DNA of 63,855 bases from Octopus bimaculoides (lineage: Eukaryota): contig NC_069000.1 of the NCBI RefSeq assembly GCF_001194135.2, positions 39,720,514 through 39,784,368 on the forward strand, given 5' to 3'. A program made the translations under genes and the position numbers. Shown here in pieces: positions 13,350 through 25,620 of the stretch. Under the pieces are notes generated by a model. It ran no database searches. It was not told the DNA's origin and saw nothing but the letters and a program-made list of their open reading frames with translations. Within the stretch, counting starts at the first letter, position 1. Every line of letters starts with the position of its first letter.

Positions 13350-13740
13350 CGTTTCACACTTCATTCGCAGCTGAAGTAGCGTGCATAAAATCATTTGCCA
13401 TTAACAACTCAGAACGGATATGCAAAACTTTCGACCGATTCAAATCGCAGGCTTGAGTTTCTTGTGAAAACTTTAAATGCGTTTTAGCATGGGGGTTTCC
13501 GCTTAAAATTCTTATTTTCCGGCTTGAAATTGAAACCTTTTTGTCTAGTATAACAACGTATTTATGCAAATCAACATTTTCGTTGTTGAGTGGGTTTAAA
13601 TTTTAAAAAATCTTTCCATGATTTAGAAATCGCCCTTGGACCAGCATTTACAAATATTACACCGAGATTTGGTTCATTGTGCAAAAATAAACAGTGGCTT
13701 CCATCATTAAACATTTCAAATCTTCTTCCATTCCATTAAA
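13350..13740 (-). mobile_element. Unclassified protein-like (probably transposase) remnant
   Basis: Reads ...NLNPLNNENVDLHKYVVILDKK...SGNPHAKTHLKFSQETQACDLNRSKVLHIRSELLMANDFMHATSAANEV with stops nearby; no splice context; family not recognised. Confidence 0.3.
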
Positions 13741-14809
13741 GGCCAACTTCTCTGAAACAAAAAAAGATATTTTTCCTTTTCTAATAAATTAAAAGCTTAA
13801 AAGACTTTTTTTCCCCTTTCCTATTAAATTTAGAGCTAAAAATTAAGAGTTAGTTTAGTTAGTTTTTATTGTTTTTGCAAAATATGAAGAGGTTTGCGAC
13901 GAATTACGGCAATTGTTTTTTTTTTCCTGGGTAGAAAAGTTTTATGCTTGTAATTTTATATTAACTGTAATTTTGAATTTTATTTTAACTCAAAAAGCAT
14001 AACACATGTGATGATGTTTTTTTTCTGTTATTTAAAGACATTGGTTTATTTTTGTATCATTCTTTTTTAACCTAATATGGTTGCATATGAAAAATGTTGA
14101 TTTATAATTTAATTTTTTTTTTAACTCAGTAGTTGCTCCTGGCCCTCATTGATTTGAATTCTTGCCCGAAAAACATTATTTATTGTTATTCATTGATTTA
14201 TTTTATTTTATTTTTCTTTGTCAAAACACACACCTCGTTTATGTTTGCTAAATAAATATGAATACTTCCTTCTACACATAATCACCTCTTTCCAACTGTA
14301 AAAAAAAATATACGATTTATATCTCAGAAAAAACATAGATATACGTAAGAATTTTATTTACAGAAAAAGGAATTATTCCAAGGGTGGTAATTCCTCTAAA
14401 GAAGTGTCACTTAAGTAGTTCTGGAAGTAGAATTTTACGTGTCTGGTCTTCCGTGGGAAAGCTCACTAATGGCTGACTTTTACCAAAACTGTGCGCAGTC
14501 AGGCACGCAGAGATAATTTCGAATTATTTCTACCACCAAATTTGGGTAAATCAACAAATTTTATTTGAAAATGCGGGGCACAATTCAAATCTTTTAGGTT
14601 ACCTGAGCTAAACCAGAGGTATGTATTTGCTAGTATAAATTACTAGAATTACATATATCAGAATGGCTTATACTAACCAGTGCGCACAGTTTGTTTAACC
14701 TACAGTTCTTTAGTTAGCTCTATACTTTCAGCTTGATGAGAAGCAGTGTCACTGGTGTTGTGAGAGATGCGACGAAAGGCAATACTTCACAACACAGTAT
14801 CATCTCTAT

Positions 14810-15207
14810 TACTAGTAATATTGGTTTCAAAATTTGGCACAACGCCATGATTACATCGATGCCAGTGCTCGACTCGCCTTTACTTTATCGTCTCTGAAAG
14901 GATGGAAGGCAAAGTCAACGCCGCCGGATCGTGAAGACGGATGAAATGCCGTTGTGCTAACGAATTTGTCAGCTGGTTGCCTTCCAAGGACTACTAACGT
15001 TGCTTTCAAATTTTCGCAGAGACACAGTAGTTTGAGGGAGGATGTAAATCAATTACATCGACCCTAATGTTCAAATGGTATTTACTTTATCGACCCAGAA
15101 ACAATGAAAAGCAAACATGACCTCGGCGAAATTTAGACCCTAACGTAAAGACGGAGAAAATACTGCTAAGCATTTTGCCCTTCCGAACCTAGAAGCCCAC
15201 CGCCTTA
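14810..15207 (-). mobile_element. Two degenerate tandem family-B SINEs
   Basis: Repeated TTTCAAA.TTT.GCA tail, ATCGACCC, GAAAG..AAGTC/GACCTCGGCG..ATTT and GCTAAGCATTTTGCCC motifs. Confidence 0.75.
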
Positions 15208-15849
15208 CAATTAATTGTAATATAGTTAACTATTTATTTCCGCTGCAACATAAGAGAGGCTTTATAAAAGCTAGCTCACACTCGTGTCAGAATTTCACGG
15301 GTAAGGACAGCGAATGCTGTTTCTCGTTTAGTATTTAACCTTTGCAGAAAATAGCCTTGTAATTTTTTTTCCTTTCTTTTTGTTTTTCTATTTTGTAAAA
15401 TACTTCGTCAGTTAGGAAGAAAATGTCACTCAGAAAAAAACTTGTCAAATCAAAATCAAATTGGATGATAGTGAAATTTGTTAGAAGACATATAACTGCA
15501 TATCTGCAAGATAATATGACGTTTCGGCGTAACTTCTCAATGACTACAGTAAATTATCGGAAAATCTTCAAAAGAATTCGAAATTATTTCTTCAAATAGA
15601 AATTATGAAATTTCGTTATCGTCCATGTGATTATGAAGAATTATTCAGTGACAAAAAGATGGTAATCTGTGATGTTGGTCTATGTTAATGAAATTTTCTG
15701 GCTGTATTGTTTACCATTCTCACAGTTATTAATTCCATATAAATTTTCTATGTTAGTTTTGTATGCATTAACAAAGTATATGAATACAGTCTCTGTCTCA
15801 TATTCAGAAAATTCGTTTTGATGTTTATAGGTTTTCTGTAAGAAAGATG

Positions 15850-16215
15850 GATAAAATGCTTAGCGGTATTTCGTCCATCTTTATATTCTGAGTTCAAATT
15901 CCAAATATATAGACTTTGCCTTTCATCACTCGGGATCGATAAAATAAGTACCAGTTGTACACAGGGCTCTATATAATCGACCTTCCCTATCCCCTGAAAT
16001 TGCTAGCCCTGTGCCAAAATCTGAGACTAATATTTATAGCTTTCAATAAGGCGGTGAGATAGCGTAATCGTCAGCACACTGAACAAAATACTAAGTGGCA
16101 ATTCCCTCCGTCTTTACGTTTTGAGTTCAAATTCCGCTGTGGTCGACTTTATCTTTCATCCCCCTCGGGATAGATAAAATATGTACCAGCTGAGTACTGG
16201 GGTCCATGCTTGCAC
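15850..16215 (+). mobile_element. Two tandem family-B SINEs
   Basis: AATGCTTAGCGGTATTTCGTCC, GAGTTCAAATTCC and GACTTTGCCTTTCATC..TCGGGATCGATAAAATAAGTACCAG motifs, present twice. Confidence 0.8.
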
Positions 16216-17429
16216 ACTTTCCCAAATTTGTTTTCAACACACGATTTCACATAAAAAAAATCTTGCAAAACAAATATATATATATATANNNNNNNNNNNN
16301 NNNNNNNNNNNNNNNNNNNNNNNNNNNNNNNNNNNNNNNNNNNNNNNNNNNNNNNNNNNNNNNNNNNNNNNNNNNNNNNNNNNNNNNNNNNNNNNNNNNN
16401 NNNNNNNNNNNNNNNNNNNNNNNNNNNNNNNNNNNNNNNNNNNNNNNNNNNNNNNNNNNNNNNNNNNNNNNNNNNNNNNNNNNNNNNNNNNNNNNNNNNN
16501 NNNNNNNNNNNNNNNNNNNNNNNNNNNNNNNNNNNNNNNNNNNNNNNNNNNNNNNNNNNNNNNNNNNNNNNNNNNNNNNNNNNNNNNNNNNNNNNNNNNN
16601 NNNNNNNNNNNNNNNNNNNNNNNNNNNNNNNNNNNNNNNNNNNNNNNNNNNNNNNNNNNNNNNNNNNNNNNNNNNNNNNNNNNNNNNNNNNNNNNNNNNN
16701 NNNNNNNNNNNNNNNNNNNNNNNNNNNNNNNNNNNNNNNNNNNNNNNNNNNNNNNNNNNNNNNNNNNNNNNNNNNNNNNNNNNNNNNNNNNNNNNNNNNN
16801 NNNNNNNNNNNNNNNNNNNNNNNNNNNNNNNNNNNNNNNNNNNNNNNNNNNNNNNNNNNNNNNNNNNNNNNNNNNNNNNNNNNNNNNNNNNNNNNNNNNN
16901 NNNNNNNNNNNNNNNNNNNNNNNNNNNNNNNNNNNNNNNNNNNNNNNNNNNNNNNNNNNNNNNNNNNNNNNNNNNNNNNNNNNNNNNNNNNNNNNNNNNN
17001 NNNNNNNNNNNNNNNNNNNNNNNNNNNNNNNNNNNNNNNNNNNNNNNNNNNNNNNNNNNNNNNNNNNNNNNNNNNTATATATATATATATGCGTATGCAT
17101 ACATACACATGCGAACAAATACATACTTTCCTACGCGCTCAGAAAGACACATTCATATGTGTTCACTTTTCGCATTAATATCTGGTGACATTTTATAAAA
17201 ACAAAAATGTTTTCCACTTTTTCGTACTTGTTTTAGGAATGATTTTACTTTCTTTGGGCCTTAGGTAAATGAAACGAAACCAAACGCTAATGAACATATA
17301 AAAGTAACTGAATGGCTCCGACATACTGTATGATATTGATATGTAAGTTTATTTCCGTTCCTTGAAATGATTTGGTATTTGTATGCTCTGTACTTAAAAG
17401 CATTGGTTTGTCAGATAGCAAAATATTCT

Positions 17430-17760
17430 AATGAGAAGGCAGCGAGATGCAGAAGACAGATGAGGAGATATTAAGTCATAGGAAGAGAACAGTCATTATG
17501 AAAGAGTAGATGAGCAGAAATAGCATTTTCTGAAGACGCCAATATATTTAATGAGCGGATAGGACAGATTTAATGAGCGTTTATAAATGAAACTATGCAT
17601 GAGAGTACTTCTCATAGAGGGCACGGCATACAGGTAACGATGGGCGCTGAAGAGAGTTCTGTCATATTAGTGATGTCGTAATTGTAAAAGAATTGGTGAG
17701 AAAAAGCGAAAGAGTTCGTCGAGGATAGAGTATACCAAGGGGATATATTGTTGACTTGCT
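17430..17760 (-). mobile_element. Degraded LINE (CR1/Jockey-like) 3' end
   Basis: Minus translation YTLSSTNSFAFSHQFFYN..TELSSAP.. loosely resembles post-RT C-termini. Weak. Confidence 0.25.
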
Positions 17761-18054
17761 CCTGTCATTAGGCCACGACCATGCTGGTGTGTCAGTCACT
17801 AGACAACGACCCTGCTGGTGCAGCCCGTGGAAGTGTTTAAACGAACGGTACGACTCTAGAATTTTTTTTTTTTTTTTTTTTTTTACATGTTCAGTCTGCC
17901 ACTTATTCCGTTGTTTTTGTCTATCGAACTGCTAATTCATGTCGATGTTAATAAACTGAGAACGGTTTTTATGAATTGGTGGGAATATATCAAAATACAC
18001 GACGACACACAGACAGAAACTCCTATACACACATCCACACGCAGTCACTCACTC

Positions 18055-18100
18055 GAGTTCCTTTCTGTGGAAGAGCGTAGGCTCGAAACGTTAAAGACTT
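18055..18100 (+). ncRNA. Degenerate type I hammerhead ribozyme motif in a Penelope-type terminal repeat (about 17965-18192)
   Basis: GAGT(TC)CTTT-CTGTGGA-A-GAGC gtag GCTC-GAAA-CGTT-AAAG-ACTT. Stem II has 4 perfect bp; stem I is CTTT/AAAG plus GAGT/ACTT; palindromic ACGT forms stem III; core has A6->U and a GUU cleavage triplet. Confidence 0.65.
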
Positions 18101-18479
18101 TTTTCACTTCCTGAGCGTTATACTAATACATCTGTGTGTTGTCTGCACCACCTGTCTTCATCGTTTGTTTGTTTTTTTGTGAATTCTCCCTATATATATA
18201 TATATATATATATACATTGGTACTGAATTCGAGAGGACAAAGAACGTGACTGTTGTAGTTCAACCGTAGATTAAATCAGATCTTTACAATTATTTCTATA
18301 TCATTCAGGGTTTCTCTTCTTTAGAACTGTACAATGTGAACTCAGAATGATTTCACAGTTATTTCTAGCATGTCAAACATGTCAAATAAACATAGACTGT
18401 CTCCTTCAATGACACAGTAGTTAAAGAGTAGCAGCAGAATTACGGTGAGCTTCTAGATCAGAAATGCCAAGATATGTAG

Positions 18480-18655
18480 CATTCTGAATGTCTACTTGTT
18501 AATTCAATATACGTCATCATTATCAATTTTCTCAAATCTGATATGACAGCCACAATATAGGAAAAGAATAGGTATTTACCACCTTTTCTATAAATGCTTG
18601 TGTGAAATGAATGATAACACTTGCAATTTTCTCTGTATAGTACCATTAGATTAAC
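18480..18655 (+). mobile_element. Second copy of the LINE RT motif-3 region
   Basis: A 56-nt core is identical to the 8406-8461 region except for 2 positions; flanks are more diverged and share stops. Confidence 0.45.
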
Positions 18656-18720
18656 TCACGCACATTATGCTATGCAATAATAGTAATAACAAAATCAACA
18701 ACAAGAAGAGGAACAACAGC

Positions 18721-18781
<61 letters not shown>

Positions 18782-19018
18782 GATGAAGAAAGTCACACAA
18801 ATATTGACCCAACAGAACTACATGATCTAAAAAATCAAATCATGATTGAATGGATGAAAATTAAAGAAACCAGTATGAATGAATGAATGCAGTACTCTCC
18901 CAAAAATTCGCAATTCTAACCAAAACCTGAAAATAATTGGTAAAATCCGCCTTGCACTTACGGATATAATTTCAGCTAATGATATTGATATCACAGATCT
19001 CAACCACCTGTACTATGA
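18782..19018 (+). mobile_element. R4/Dong-like non-LTR retrotransposon ORF fragment between (TAA)n and (CAG/TAG)n runs
   Basis: DEESHTNIDPTELHDLKNQIMIEWMKIKETSMNE / frameshift / TLPKIRNSNQNLKIIGKIRLALTDIISANDIDITDLNHLYY resembles the pre-RT region (LPK...DITELNxLIY) of restriction-endonuclease-type LINEs. Confidence 0.45.
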
Positions 19019-19019
19019 A

Positions 19020-19105
<86 letters not shown>

Positions 19106-19855
19106 CCGAATATATGAAACCACTATATTCATATTGCTTCGTCTTGAACTGCGTACAAGTTTCATGTAATTTATCGTGACGGAGATGCGAATTTTACGCT
19201 TTTTATTTATTTATTCCTTTAGTTATTTATTTATTTATTTATTTATTTACTATTATTTTCAAGGTTCTTAGTAAAGAAACAAAACTGGTAAAGAAATAAA
19301 AAGAAATAAACTGAAATAATTCAACTATTAATAAACTTGTAGCAGATACACAAAGAGATTATACACTTCTCTATGCATTTCCGCCAACTATTTTACAGCT
19401 ATGAAAACCAACAACTATATAATTTAATTCAAACCGCCATTTTGTAGTCAGTGCTTCTGTGATATTCTAAATTTTTGCTGTCTTTTTTGTTTGTTTGTTT
19501 GCTTTTTTGCATTTGTTTTGTTTTGTTTTTTAACGACGAAATCAGTCACTTGCTGGTGTATTTATTTTTGTATTAATCAGAATGGCTTTGGAAATCGTTC
19601 TTAGAACACAACATTTACGTTACGGCGAGGATATTTTTGTTCTATACTATGAATAAAATACACGTACACAGTTACTCAAATATATGTCTATATGCCTTCG
19701 TTTAAGTTTGTATTTGTACAATTCACTGATTTATATCAGCCTACTATATAAACATGGTATGAAGGATGATTTCCAGCTGTATATTACGATTTCCAGCTGC
19801 ATATGTAAACGTGCAAACCCACGAGTGTGTATAAATAAACGTAGATAGACTTATC

Positions 19856-19899
<44 letters not shown>

Positions 19900-21699
19900 C
19901 GTACAAAACATACATACATACACTCATATATGTATAAATACATACATAATCATAAATACATACATACATGTGTGTATATATATATATATATTTATATTTA
20001 CCAATCTATCGATATATACATATATACATACATACATACACACACATATATTCATATATATATGTGTGTGTTTATATAAATATATATACATATATACATA
20101 CATACATNNNNNNNNNNNNNNNNNNNNNNNNNNNNNNNNNNNNNNNNNNNNNNNNNNNNNNNNNNNNNNNNNNNNNNNNNNNNNNNNNNNNNNNNNNNNN
20201 NNNNNNNNNNNNNNNNNNNNNNNNNNNNNNNNNNNNNNNNNNNNNNNNNNNNNNNNNNNNNNNNNNNNNNNNNNNNNNNNNNNNNNNNNNNNNNNNNNNN
20301 NNNNNNNNNNNNNNNNNNNNNNNNNNNNNNNNNNNNNNNNNNNNNNNNNNNNNNNNNNNNNNNNNNNNNNNNNNNNNNNNNNNNNNNNNNNNNNNNNNNN
20401 NNNNNNNNNNNNNNNNNNNNNNNNNNNNNNNNNNNNNNNNNNNNNNNNNNNNNNNNNNNNNNNNNNNNNNNNNNNNNNNNNNNNNNNNNNNNNNNNNNNN
20501 NNNNNNNNNNNNNNNNNNNNNNNNNNNNNNNNNNNNNNNNNNNNNNNNNNNNNNNNNNNNNNNNNNNNNNNNNNNNNNNNNNNNNATATATATATATATA
20601 TATACATGTTTGTGTGTGCGTGTGTGTGTATGTGTGTGTATGTATGTATTTGTGTATGTATGTATTAATGTATGTGCGTGTGTATTATATATGTATAACG
20701 GGGCATTTGAATATGTAAATACCAATCTTGAGAAATAAGGCTTCTGAAAACCAGAGAGCTTATAAGTTTGTTTTTATTTTGGGGGCCTAAAACATAACTT
20801 CGTCGAGGTAATATTGTATGACACATATGCTAAAGAGAACAGAGAATATTATGGTTTTGGAATATTTATTTATTTGTAAACGGTGAGGTAGAAGTAATAA
20901 GGAAGACTAAGTTTTATTTCCAAACTCAAAAGACTCCAGCGAAAAGAAAGATATAACAAGATTTAAACAAAAAAAGACCTTTTAAACCTGTTACTAAATC
21001 AGGTAGAGATAAACGCGAAACTCTGGTTCGGTTCTTGGTAACTTCGTTCGCTGCTCCCTTATCATTTGTTCAGAGCTGTTGTGGACTTCACCTTAAGCGT
21101 ATCAGTCCACCCGTAGCTGACCCGTTCTCCACGCTTCGGCACCTGTCTGATCGAAGTGTGAGTGGCGAGCGCCGCCAGGTTGGCACCGTTGGCCGAACGC
21201 GATGTGGGAATAGCAGACACTCACGTATATTCGTGCACGCGAACGCATACACGTCCACACACATACTCGCTCACACACACACACACATACACACACACAC
21301 ACACACACACTCATATGCACACATACAGTTATACACCGGTGCACGCACATATACATAATACATAGAAAGATATAAGTACATGCATACACGCATACGTACA
21401 TACGTACATACATACATGCAAAAAACATACATACATATCCTCTAAGTATGTGTGATTATATAAAAAAAAATAATGCTTTAGATACGTGAAAGCAAAAGGT
21501 ATCTCGATCCACATATTTTGTAAAATTTCATAAAAGATTTGTAAAATGTTTTTAGTAGCAGATCCAAACTTAAAGTGCACGACAGTTTTGATAATGTGAT
21601 TACTGACCAATTCATGTCGGAATGTTAATCAGATAAGCTGCATGTATTCGCTGATAAAGAGAATTCGTATAGCTTACGCGTTAGACCGTATTTCAAATA

Positions 21700-22075
21700 T
21701 CTATAAGAAGTTTTGTAAAGGAGCTTATAAGTTTATAAATCTCAAAGCAAAAGAAACACTGAAAATGACGACAGATTATAGGAAAGAACAACTGATTTCC
21801 AAGCAGACATATGCAACACTTAACGACCATACAATAAATTTTCGTATTGACTCTATGTTTAGATAAATTAACCCATTTAAACCAGAGGTAATTATAGTTA
21901 GCAAAAGAATATGTTTTAAAATTCATTTTGAAAGTCAAGCAATTTCATCTTTATGACGATGATGAAGCATTTTAGAAGTGCTTGAATGGTTTCATAAGAT
22001 AAAAGAGAAGAAAAACTATAGATTTATAAATTTCGATATAACAGACTTTTTTCCTACACTAACCATGTCTCTGTT
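21700..22075 (+). mobile_element. Penelope-like element RT fragment (N-terminal RT motifs)
   Basis: YATLNDHTINFRIDSMFR*INPFKPEV..VSK and EVLEWFHKIKEKKNYRFINFDITDFFPTL match PLE motifs FITLKDHK..CRLINP.K and WF...FIQFDIxDFYPSI. Confidence 0.75.
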
Positions 22076-22247
22076 TATTGATGTTTCTGCATCACTTAAA
22101 AATAATGCTGCGTAATTTTAGTGATTTATAGTGGACGAATTTATTTTTTTGTTCGTTTTCTTTTGTATTTTGTAGAAATTGTAAACAAATGAGATATCAA
22201 ATCTGTTTTCTTCTGTACCCGTATCTAGCTAAAGTATCTAGGTACGG

Positions 22248-22735
22248 GGTATTTCGTTATGCAATCATAATATGCTATAAAGTATATTAAACGTTTTTAT
22301 AAGTCAATATCGCGTTCTACTGTGTTAATGTCATCTCTGCAGATTTTCTATAGAAATTATATCCAGCACAGATTTTTCGCTACAACGTTTCGTATACGAG
22401 ACGTCAGATGTAAACAAACAATGAGATCGAAGATGAGAATAGGGTAATGCGTGTATGTGCCATATTTCAGAGGTTTTGCTCAACTATCAACACCCATTCA
22501 ATCATTTAATTATCCTCGAACGTTACATTTTCCTAGCTTTGACCTCATTGCTTCTTTACAACTGATGTCTCGTATACGAAACGTCGTAACAAACATCATT
22601 GCTGGCTATAATTTCTATCAAATATCTGTGGAAATAATCTTAACAAGTAATGTAAAAGCGCACTGCTAACGCGGTATTGACTTATTAAAACGTTTAATAT
22701 ATTTATAATATATTCTGGTTGCGTAACCAAATAGG
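22248..22735. mobile_element. Foldback/palindromic MITE with long imperfect inverted arms
   Basis: 22281-22316 versus 22668-22703 and 22381-22414 versus 22555-22588 (31/34) are reverse complements, with a continuous arm between them and a spacer of about 140 nt. Confidence 0.8.
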
Positions 22736-24934
22736 TACAAAATGAGGTATATCATAATCACACATATAAACATTCACATACACACTACGCTCATTTTATA
22801 TTAGGAGATTGTTACTCGGTATAGTAGCAGTTGTTACTTGATATAGTAACCGTAATATTCAGGTTTTTCACAGCAATGGATACAGCTAATGTCGACGCTT
22901 TACAAATTTTTAGAAATTTTAGTTGCATCTTGCAATCCAGGATGGCTTTACAAAGCGCAAATCCTTCCTATAAATTTATTCAATTTGAGACAAAGTTCAT
23001 TGAAGACATTTACATTATGAATGTAGTTATTTTAATTCGTGTAAATTATCGATAATTTGGCATCTAAAATTAATCTTAATTTTTAATACAATTCATAATG
23101 ATGAAGGAAGCCTCCATTCATTTCATTATTGAGACAATAAATAGAATGTTTTATTAATCTCATCATTTCTAGTTTCGTATTCAGCCCGACATTTTTATCT
23201 CTGCTTTCACCAGCATTTGTTTCTTATTTTAAGGTCTCTTTTTAGTTTAACATCCAATCCATCACATACTCTCATCCAAGCTGGTTTAATGATTTGTTGC
23301 TTAATGACATATGACTATTCCAAAGGACCTTGAAGGGCGTTTAAATCAAAACTAACATCATAAAAATGCACGGTATGATCCTGGATATGCTTCTGAAAAC
23401 AGAGATATGGAATAAAACTTAATTCTAAATCCTGGCCAATACAAGAAATTAAACGTCAAAATTTGATCCAGCACCTGACGTGTTTCCTAAAAGTTCCACT
23501 TTAATATTCAAGTATTCGTAAACTGTCTTCAGTCTCTGTTATAGAATACCATCGATTTTCAGCGCCAGATCTTGGCAATTATTCCTACAGTGCCTCTCCA
23601 TGTTTACTAACAGTGAGTTTAGCAAAAAAAAAAACAATGACAAAAGAACGAATTGCAATGTAGAAAGTCCCCATCAAATATCAATGTTAGCTGCACAAAC
23701 TCCACATTTCTGTAGTTTTCATTTAATCCTCTAATGAACAGCACGTTTGCACCACTATCATATATATAACTAATTTCAAAATTACTTCGATCACATTTTC
23801 AACATCTCTTCATTTTTATTAGAAAACGAAGCACTTTTATAAAACTTGGTTTGTTTTTAAAATTAATATCAACGTAGCAATCTCTTCTGCTATATGCTCG
23901 CCTTCAGCTTGATCTCCAGTTACATCAAACATGAAGACTAAACCCAGCACATAGAATACTAGATTAAAATTTCTAGCGAAGAGAATCTGAATTACTTAAT
24001 TCTGTACAAAAGGCGGAGAATATATTATTTTTTGAGAATTGTCTTCTACAATATAGGATGATTGTACGCTCGCAATTTTAAGAACCCACCTAAATTTCCC
24101 AAATTGCTTTTGTTTTCTGTATGGCTCACGAGATTTTTTTTTTTTTTTGTGTGTTGCTAACAAATTTATACACTGGAGATTTTGATAACAAAATCTTGTC
24201 TTTTAGTCTTCCTGATAAAATTTTTGCTTGAAGCTTTGTCAATGAAAACTCGTTTTTGTTAAATGATTTTCATTAATTATCCCTTATTGAGTAAAACACA
24301 ATCGATGTTGTTTGTTTACTTAAGAATGGTGCTAAATATTTTTGGTGATTGCTTATAATGGAATCTGTTTAGTTTTTCCAATAGGGACTTATTGGACTTT
24401 TAAGAAAGTAGTAAACAACCATAGCAGAAACTATTTATTTCTCTAGAGAATAACCAAGTTATAAGCACCGTTTCTCAATATCAATTTCCTAGCATTGTTT
24501 TAAACAATCTACGTACATTGATCGACATTGTGTAAGAACAAATATCCCTTTACAAGTTTGAAAATTCTTCGAACGCAATATAAATATCTCTATCCGTTAA
24601 CCGTTCGGTAAAATTACATTTTGTGATACGTTTTCAAGTATCAAGCATCTTATATCGCACTTGGTACAGACTTACTTTTCTCATGATATTTTCGATATTC
24701 CGCGTTGTATAATATTCTACACCTTTCCAAGATACATTCTGTTATTGGAAGATACACAGTTATCCTTATTATAATACATTGTTGAATAAATCTACGTTTA
24801 TTTCTGATGCAGATAATCGTAGGGAAGAAATAGTTTCAATAAATAAGTCCTCCTTGCATTTTTTTTCCATCCTAATTTCAATGTTGGGTTGTTGGACAAA
24901 GTTTTCAAAAACTTATACGCACGCGCGCACACAA

Positions 24935-25555
24935 GCACTCTGGTTAAGTAGCGAGGTGCGTATGGTTGTGCTGTTGAGAAGACTGTTTTACAGTATCATG
25001 GTTTGAGGTTCCATCCCACTGAGAAGCAACTCGAGCAAATGTTTTGACTATAGCTTCGGGCTAAGAAATACACTATGAGTAAATTTGGTAAATGGAAAGT
25101 GTTTAAACCCTCGTCGTATATATACACGTGTGTGTGTTTGTGTGGATACGTGTATGTATGTATGTATTATATATGTATGTATGTACGTATGCACATGTGT
25201 AAATATGTATGTATGTATGTAGCGGTGTATTTGTGTGCCCAATGTTTGTGTTTGTCACACACCTACCGTTTGAGTATCGGTAACTACTGAACCGCTATGT
25301 TACAGGGACGTAAACAGACCAACACCGGTTGTCAAGTGGCGATTGTAGGACAACCATGGACATACAGACAAACACACATAGATACATATATACATATGTA
25401 CGACGGACATTTTTCTGTTCCCCTCTAACAAATCCATTCACAATGTGTGGTTGGACCTAGACTATAGCAGAAAGCACTTGCCCAAGATGTCACGCAATGG
25501 AACTGAACCCAGAACAATGTGGTTGGGAAGTAAGCTTCTTAACACACAGCCACGC
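24935..25555. mobile_element. Convergent pair of family-A SINEs (+ about 24935-25370, - about 25400-25555)
   Basis: The + copy has head, microsatellite-expanded middle and GGGACGTAAACAGACCAACACCGGTTGTCAAG; the - copy has TTGCCCAAG..CACGCAATGG.ACTGAACCC. Confidence 0.75.
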
Positions 25556-25620
25556 ACGCGCCTACACACATACACACACACACATTCATGCGCGCGCGAC
25601 TTACACACATATACTTACGT

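Noticed and set aside
8404-18655. Diverged duplicate at 8404-8575 and 18480-18655 as exons of tandem paralogous genes
   Set aside because: Both copies share stops in the best frame, and the core matches LINE RT motif 3; dispersed retroelement copies explain it.
23180-24900. Possible MULE (DGDF) and piggyBac (WKG) transposase traces
   Set aside because: Matches are only 3-4 residues with many stops; too weak to call without an HMM search.
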